Shown here: positions 36,623-41,678 of the stretch, piece by piece
Numbering within the stretch: the first letter of the stretch is position 1
Layout: every line of letters begins with the position of its first letter
Source of the DNA: Sulfurimonadaceae bacterium
GTDB lineage: Bacteria > Campylobacterota > Campylobacteria > Campylobacterales > Sulfurimonadaceae
Assembly: GCA_041548245.1 (NCBI GenBank)
Contig: JBFESZ010000004.1
Location: forward strand, 1-41,678
Length of the DNA: 41,678 nucleotides
Reading direction: 5' to 3'
The notes under the pieces: model-generated
What the model saw: only the letters and a program-made list of their open reading frames with translations
Databases searched by the model: none
What the model was told of the DNA's origin: nothing
Position numbers and translations under genes: made by a program

Positions 36623-38017
36623 CTAGTTTTTCTCCCAGAAAGTTCCCTGTGGGGTATCCATAATCGAGATGTCAAGTGCAAGGAGTTCGTCTCTGATACG
36701 ATCGGAGGTGACAAAATCTTTTTCTGCTTTAGCAGCAGACCTTTGCTGAATTAATGTGTCGATCTTTGTCTTGAGCTCATCATTGATGCCAAATTGAAAA
36801 TACTCAAAAGGGTTTTGCAGGCCAAAACCAAGAAGTTTTTCGACATAGGCCATATCAGCCAACGATTGGCGTTTGATTACTTTGTCTTTTGGATTGGCGT
36901 CAAGGCTCTCATTTGCCTTTGAGATCATCTCATCAAGAAGGGAAAGGCCTTTGGATATGTTCAGGTCATCACTGAGCGCTTCAAGCAGGGCAGTTTGAAA
37001 GGGTGTCTTTTCTTCAATACTCTTCATCCCAAACAGTCGTTTTTTGAGACGGTAGAGTTTGTCAAGACGTTTTTTTGAAACCAGAAGATCGAGTTCATTG
37101 AAATTAAAGTCACTTCTGTAGTGCGTACTTAAGAGATAAAAACGCAAAACCTCGCCATGGTATGACTTGAGAGCGTCTTTGAGGAAAAAGCTGTTGCCAA
37201 GGCTTTTGGACATCTTCTCACCATCTATATTGACAAACCCATTGTGCATCCAGTATTTGGCCAGTTCCTGGTTCGTCGCACATCTATGCTGGGCAGCTTC
37301 ATTCTCATGGTGAGGGAAAAGAAGGTCAGCCCCGCCACCGTGAATATCGATGGCATATTCACCCTCAACTGCCAAATGTTCTTCAATCATGGCCGCACAT
37401 TCGGTATGCCAACCGGGACGACCTGCAGAAAAAGGAGTATCATAGGTTATGCCTTCATCAAAATGTTTCCAAAGGGCGAAGTCAGCCGGATTTTTTTTCG
37501 AAGCGTTTGTCTCTATACGGCTTTGGGTTGCATCTTGTTCCTGCACTCTGTTAGAGATACTGAGATATTTACTGTCTTTTTGCGTATCAAAATAGACATC
37601 ACCCTCTGCTGTTTTGTAGGCATGGCCACTTTCAATTAGAGTTGATATGAGCTGAACCATCGATTCCATAGACTCTGTCGCCTTGGGTTCAATGTCCGGA
37701 CGGCGAATACCCAGGGCGTCCATATCTCGATGATAGGCAGCCGTGTATTTGTGTGTTAACTCATCAAGACCAAGGCCTGTCTCATTGACTTTTTTGACGA
37801 TCTTGTCATCGATATCTGTAATGTTACGGGCAAAGGTGACATCCAAACCGTTAGCTTCAAGTGTTCGTACAAGTAAATCAAAAACGAGTGCACTTTTAGC
37901 ATGACCAAGGTGGGCATCGTCATAAACGGTAGGTCCGCAGACATAGAGTGTTGCTTTGCCTGGGATGATAGGAATAAAGTCCTGTTTTGTTTTGCTTACA
38001 GTATCATAGATAGTCAT
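36623..38017 (-). CDS. cysS: cysteine--tRNA ligase
   Basis: CGPTVYD..HLGH, DFALWK, GRPGWH.EC, DIHGGG.DL.FPHHENE, KMSKS. Confidence 0.97.
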   Translation of the reverse strand: MTIYDTVSKTKQDFIPIIPGKATLYVCGPTVYDDAHLGHAKSALVFDLLVRTLEANGLDVTFARNITDIDDKIVKKVNETGLGLDELTHKYTAAYHRDMDALGIRRPDIEPKATESMESMVQLISTLIESGHAYKTAEGDVYFDTQKDSKYLSISNRVQEQDATQSRIETNASKKNPADFALWKHFDEGITYDTPFSAGRPGWHTECAAMIEEHLAVEGEYAIDIHGGGADLLFPHHENEAAQHRCATNQELAKYWMHNGFVNIDGEKMSKSLGNSFFLKDALKSYHGEVLRFYLLSTHYRSDFNFNELDLLVSKKRLDKLYRLKKRLFGMKSIEEKTPFQTALLEALSDDLNISKGLSLLDEMISKANESLDANPKDKVIKRQSLADMAYVEKLLGFGLQNPFEYFQFGINDELKTKIDTLIQQRSAAKAEKDFVTSDRIRDELLALDISIMDTPQGTFWEKN

Positions 38018-39410
38018 GGATCATCTCTTTAAAAATATATAGTATTGGAATCAGTAAAGCACACGCTAGTAAAAGGATAAGAGCTTTTTTATCCGAAATT
38101 ATAACGAAAAAGCGCGCGCTTCCATAGGCTTTTATCGTATAGACAAACAGGACCAATCCACTTAGGGAAGAGGCTAAGGCAAGACCCGCAGCACCTAAAG
38201 GAGAGATGAGCAGCAGTGAAAACAGTACGTTCGTACCAAGTGAATAGGTGGCTATCTTCGCTGCTTCGCCTTGACGGTGTTGTGCATAGAGTTCCAAGGC
38301 AAAGAGTTTGCTTAATCCAAAAGGAAGTAGTCCAAGCATATACATCTGTAAAGCTAAAGCGGTGTTTTGAGTGTCAAGCTTTCCAAAAGCGCCACGTTCA
38401 AACAAAAGCCAGATAATCTCCTCTGAAAGCATATACCCTCCAACCAGGCTAAAGCTAAGCAGAGTACTTAAAAACCAGAAAGCCTTATAAAAAGCGGCAT
38501 CTGCTTCTTCATGTTTGTTATGACGAATATACCTTGAAATACGGGGAAACAGAGCGACAGAGGTCGCAATAGCAAAGAGGGCAAGCGGGAGTTGGAAAAT
38601 CCGATTGGCATAATATAGATAGGAGATGGAACCACTGACGAGAAAACTTGCTAACCAGGTGTCTAAAAATGCGGATACCTGAGCAGTGGAATTACCCCAT
38701 ATTGCAGGCAAAAAGCTTTTTTTAAACCTTTTCTGATCATCAGCGACTTTCTGCTTTTTATTGAAAAAGTGCTTTAGGCCGCCATAAAGGAGTTTTATGA
38801 TGCCTTTGTTTTTTGCAACAAGAAAATGGGAAAGAAACTGCATGAAGCCACCCAAAAGGACGCCATAACTCAGATAATATACCACTTCGATTGACTCTTT
38901 TTCATAAGCTAATAACAAGGCAATGATCATAGCAATATTAAGCAACCCTGTGGAGAATGCTGTTGTTGCAAAATGCTCTTTGTATTGAAGCAGAGCTGAG
39001 AGAAAACTAACCGTAAAGATAAAAAGAAGATAATAGAAGTTCAAAGCGACAAACGGCTGGGCCAATAGAAGTGTATTATGATCAAACCCAATGGCGATAG
39101 CTTTGGCGGCATAGAAAGGGAAGAACTGAACAAGCATTGTAAGCAGAAAAATAATAAAAAAGAAGAGGATAAAGATATGCACAGCAAATATAGCTTTGTT
39201 CTTGGAAGCAGTAAAGCTGGGAATAAAGCTCTGCGCAAAGGCACCTTCAGCAAATATGCGTCGAAACAGGTTGGGAAGCTTAAAAGCGACAAAGAAAATG
39301 TCGCTATAGATATTGGCACCGAGGACAGAAGCTGTCAAAAGATCACGGATAAAACCCAATATCCGAGAGAAAAGTGTACCGATACTGTTGGTGAAAATTG
39401 ATTTGAACAT
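38004..39410 (-). CDS. murJ: lipid II flippase MurJ
   Basis: SRILGFIRD, AFKLPNLFRRIFAEGAF, YANRIFQLP, LFERGAF. Confidence 0.96.
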   Translation of the reverse strand: MFKSIFTNSIGTLFSRILGFIRDLLTASVLGANIYSDIFFVAFKLPNLFRRIFAEGAFAQSFIPSFTASKNKAIFAVHIFILFFFIIFLLTMLVQFFPFYAAKAIAIGFDHNTLLLAQPFVALNFYYLLFIFTVSFLSALLQYKEHFATTAFSTGLLNIAMIIALLLAYEKESIEVVYYLSYGVLLGGFMQFLSHFLVAKNKGIIKLLYGGLKHFFNKKQKVADDQKRFKKSFLPAIWGNSTAQVSAFLDTWLASFLVSGSISYLYYANRIFQLPLALFAIATSVALFPRISRYIRHNKHEEADAAFYKAFWFLSTLLSFSLVGGYMLSEEIIWLLFERGAFGKLDTQNTALALQMYMLGLLPFGLSKLFALELYAQHRQGEAAKIATYSLGTNVLFSLLLISPLGAAGLALASSLSGLVLFVYTIKAYGSARFFVIISDKKALILLLACALLIPILYIFKEMIHDYL

Positions 39411-39521
39411 AGGTGCCTATAGTATAGATTGGTATAATTATTGCTCATTTTTGAACGAATTGAAGTTCACATGATATAATAATACACAAATGATTTTGAT
39501 TAAACTTGACAAAGGGCCCAT

Positions 39522-41408
39522 TTGAAGCAGAGTGAAACACCAATAAGTAACTTTTCACCTTTTGTTGTCCGTACTGACAATATTGCCAAAGAACTCGTTT
39601 CAACCGCTGCAAAAAATGGCTTAAAAGCAGCAGAATTAGATTTTAATCTTCTTGATGTTCAGACTTTTGTTAAAAAGGGTGATGAAGAAGAGCGTGAGGT
39701 CATCGGCGATGAGCTAAAAGAGCTTAATGATGAAACTACTCTTTCAGACGAGAAGTTGGTGGTTCGCCAAAGCTATGAGATAGAGATCATTCCTAGAGAC
39801 AAAAGTGACAAATTTTCCAAACTAAATTTGAGCATTGGTGCCAACCCTTCGATGACACGCCTTTTCGCTTCAATCAAACCGGGTTCTCAAATTGAGTATT
39901 TTGAAGGTATTGAACAAGAATTAAAGACTTTCATCAACAAAAGAAAACTGCGTGCGAATATGTTTATCGGTGTGTGGGATGAAAAACTGTCAGAGGAGAT
40001 TGAAAAGTTTGTGGCTAGAGTTCGTATTAACGGAGTCTTGAACGTAGATAAACGAATTGTATTCGAGGTTGGCCACACTCTTGATCTTGACCCGACAGTA
40101 GATGACAAGCTGATTTTTCATTATAAAAAAGATGAAAATGCAAAAAAAGACAAGGTAGACCATTTTAATCGTGGGTTTATACAGTCAGTCGCTCAAAACG
40201 AATTATTAATTGAGTACATCAAACCAAAAAAAGGTGATCCCGGGCGTAACTGCAGGGGCGAGTTTATTGAACCTGCAGAACCTGTGATCTCGAATACACC
40301 TGATTTTAATGTTAGTGAAAAGATCGATGTAATCGACAATGAGGATAATATTGAATACCGGGCAAAGAACAGCGGTTATGTCGTCTTTGAAAACAATACC
40401 TACGATATTAATGTTGAGGTCGAAGTCAGTGAGATAAGTTTCAAGACGACAGGCTCTATCGGTGCAGGGATAGATACCGATGTCTGCATTAATGTTAAGG
40501 GTTCAGATGCTTTCCAGGATGCCATTGGTGCAGGCATGGAAATCGAAGTCAATGAGATCAATGTCGATGGGAATGTCGGCAACAATGCCAAAATAAAAGC
40601 ACGCAAGGTTAAGATACTGGGCCAGACACATCAAAGTTCATACATTGAAGCAGATGATATTGAGATAAACATTCATAAGGGTAAAGTCAAAGGCAAAGCC
40701 GTTAAAATCACACGTTTGGAACAAGGTGTAGTCGAAGCAGAAACGGTTGAAGTGTCGCAGGCCAATGGTGGTAAGATTGTTGCCAAAGAAGTCTTGATTG
40801 ATACGATTGCTTCACATGTCTATATTGTTGCAAGTGCCAAGATCGAAATCAAAAACTTTAATGGCGAAGAGAACAGCTTTACCATCTCACCTGTGCTGTA
40901 TGATGAAGATAAAGAGGCATTGAGTGAGAATGCTAATGCCGTGGTTGAGCAAAAGCGCAAAATTAGAGAGCTCAAAACCGAAGCAGAAAAGAAGGAAAAG
41001 ATCCTGCATGATAATGCCGGATCGATTGTGGATTTGAAAAAGAGACTGGCACATTACAAGCAAAGCGGAGCAAAGATGCCTGCTGCTTTTGTGGCTAAGT
41101 TTAAAGAGTTTCAGGAGTTACAGGCCCAGCTTGAAGAGTTGAAAAAAGAGATCAAACAAAAAGAGGATATGTATGATTTGTTGTGTGCCAAATCAAACAA
41201 ATATCAAGATGATATCTTTAAATCAAAAATCATCAATCATGATCAATATAAAGGGCATAATGAGATCCGTTTTAAATTGATCGAACCTGAGCTTGAACTT
41301 TATTTGGTGCCTAAAGGTACACCGAATGAACAGTGTTTTATGCTCGGAAAAAACGAAGAGACAGATGCTTATGAAATAGTTGCTGCAGCAATAGGAGAAG
41401 CGGAATGA
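39522..41408 (+). CDS. flagellar assembly protein A (DUF342/FapA family)
   Basis: [28 protein letters not shown]; coiled-coil C-terminus; position between murJ and ruvA as in Campylobacterota. Confidence 0.8.
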   Translation: MKQSETPISNFSPFVVRTDNIAKELVSTAAKNGLKAAELDFNLLDVQTFVKKGDEEEREVIGDELKELNDETTLSDEKLVVRQSYEIEIIPRDKSDKFSKLNLSIGANPSMTRLFASIKPGSQIEYFEGIEQELKTFINKRKLRANMFIGVWDEKLSEEIEKFVARVRINGVLNVDKRIVFEVGHTLDLDPTVDDKLIFHYKKDENAKKDKVDHFNRGFIQSVAQNELLIEYIKPKKGDPGRNCRGEFIEPAEPVISNTPDFNVSEKIDVIDNEDNIEYRAKNSGYVVFENNTYDINVEVEVSEISFKTTGSIGAGIDTDVCINVKGSDAFQDAIGAGMEIEVNEINVDGNVGNNAKIKARKVKILGQTHQSSYIEADDIEINIHKGKVKGKAVKITRLEQGVVEAETVEVSQANGGKIVAKEVLIDTIASHVYIVASAKIEIKNFNGEENSFTISPVLYDEDKEALSENANAVVEQKRKIRELKTEAEKKEKILHDNAGSIVDLKKRLAHYKQSGAKMPAAFVAKFKEFQELQAQLEELKKEIKQKEDMYDLLCAKSNKYQDDIFKSKIINHDQYKGHNEIRFKLIEPELELYLVPKGTPNEQCFMLGKNEETDAYEIVAAAIGEAE

Positions 41409-41678
41409 TAGTCGGAATCGAAGGCAAGATAGAAAAAAAAGAACCTACTCTTGTTCATATCAATGTACATGGATTGATTTATGAAGTGTTTGTCTCTATC
41501 AATACGTTTCATGCCTTGGTTTCGGATAGCGTTAAACTCTACACGATTCAGGTCATACGCGAAGATGCCCATAGTCTATATGGATTTGCACATGAGAATG
41601 AAAAACAGATGTTTGCACAGCTGATAAAAATCAATGGAGTAGGGCCAAAGGTCGCACTAGCAATCTGTTCCACCTATA
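41405..41678 (+). CDS. ruvA: Holliday junction branch migration protein RuvA (5' part, truncated by window end)
   Basis: MIVGIEGKI...G.IYEV...[11 protein letters not shown]...[20 protein letters not shown] overlap with the preceding stop. Not in the ORF track. Confidence 0.95.
   Translation, partial: MIVGIEGKIEKKEPTLVHINVHGLIYEVFVSINTFHALVSDSVKLYTIQVIREDAHSLYGFAHENEKQMFAQLIKINGVGPKVALAICSTY

Noticed and set aside
498-41572. Numerous short antisense or overlapping ORFs in the track (e.g. 2957-3496, 11478-11924, 34638-35102)
   Set aside because: They are shadows of well-supported genes, with no motifs or translation signals.
1-41678. CRISPR arrays, tRNA/rRNA, IS elements, prophage
   Set aside because: No periodic repeats, structured RNA signatures, transposase or integrase seen; intergenic gaps are short. 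Checked by eye only.

Overview
AT-rich bacterial chromosome segment, most likely from a free-living Campylobacterota (Sulfurimonas/Sulfuricurvum-like). This is inferred from the fapA-ruvA / murJ-cysS-pyrD-M16 peptidase-dapA-SDR-pgsA-rseP gene order and the TATAAT/AAGGA signals. The right part (about 30.1-41.7 kb) is conserved housekeeping genes. The left ~30 kb is accessory-looking and dense in O2/NO/redox functions: a FIST-domain hybrid histidine kinase, a protoglobin-PsiE fusion, four single-domain hemerythrins, a NifU-C/Nfu protein, a group III truncated haemoglobin, two unrelated SelO/YdiU AMPylases and two REC-GGDEF(degenerate)-EAL proteins. Two of the hemerythrins have FNR-type boxes at identical -41.5 spacing, and the globin apparently starts at ATA. 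Several intact ORFs have lost their catalytic residues: a HydD-like protease, a PxpA-like protein, atypical receiver domains, and a soluble ClpB-D2/FtsH double-AAA chimera with a dead Walker B, a deleted pore loop and a dead HEXXH. I saw no rRNA, tRNA, CRISPR array or mobile element. All family assignments come from motif recognition by eye, not from database searches.
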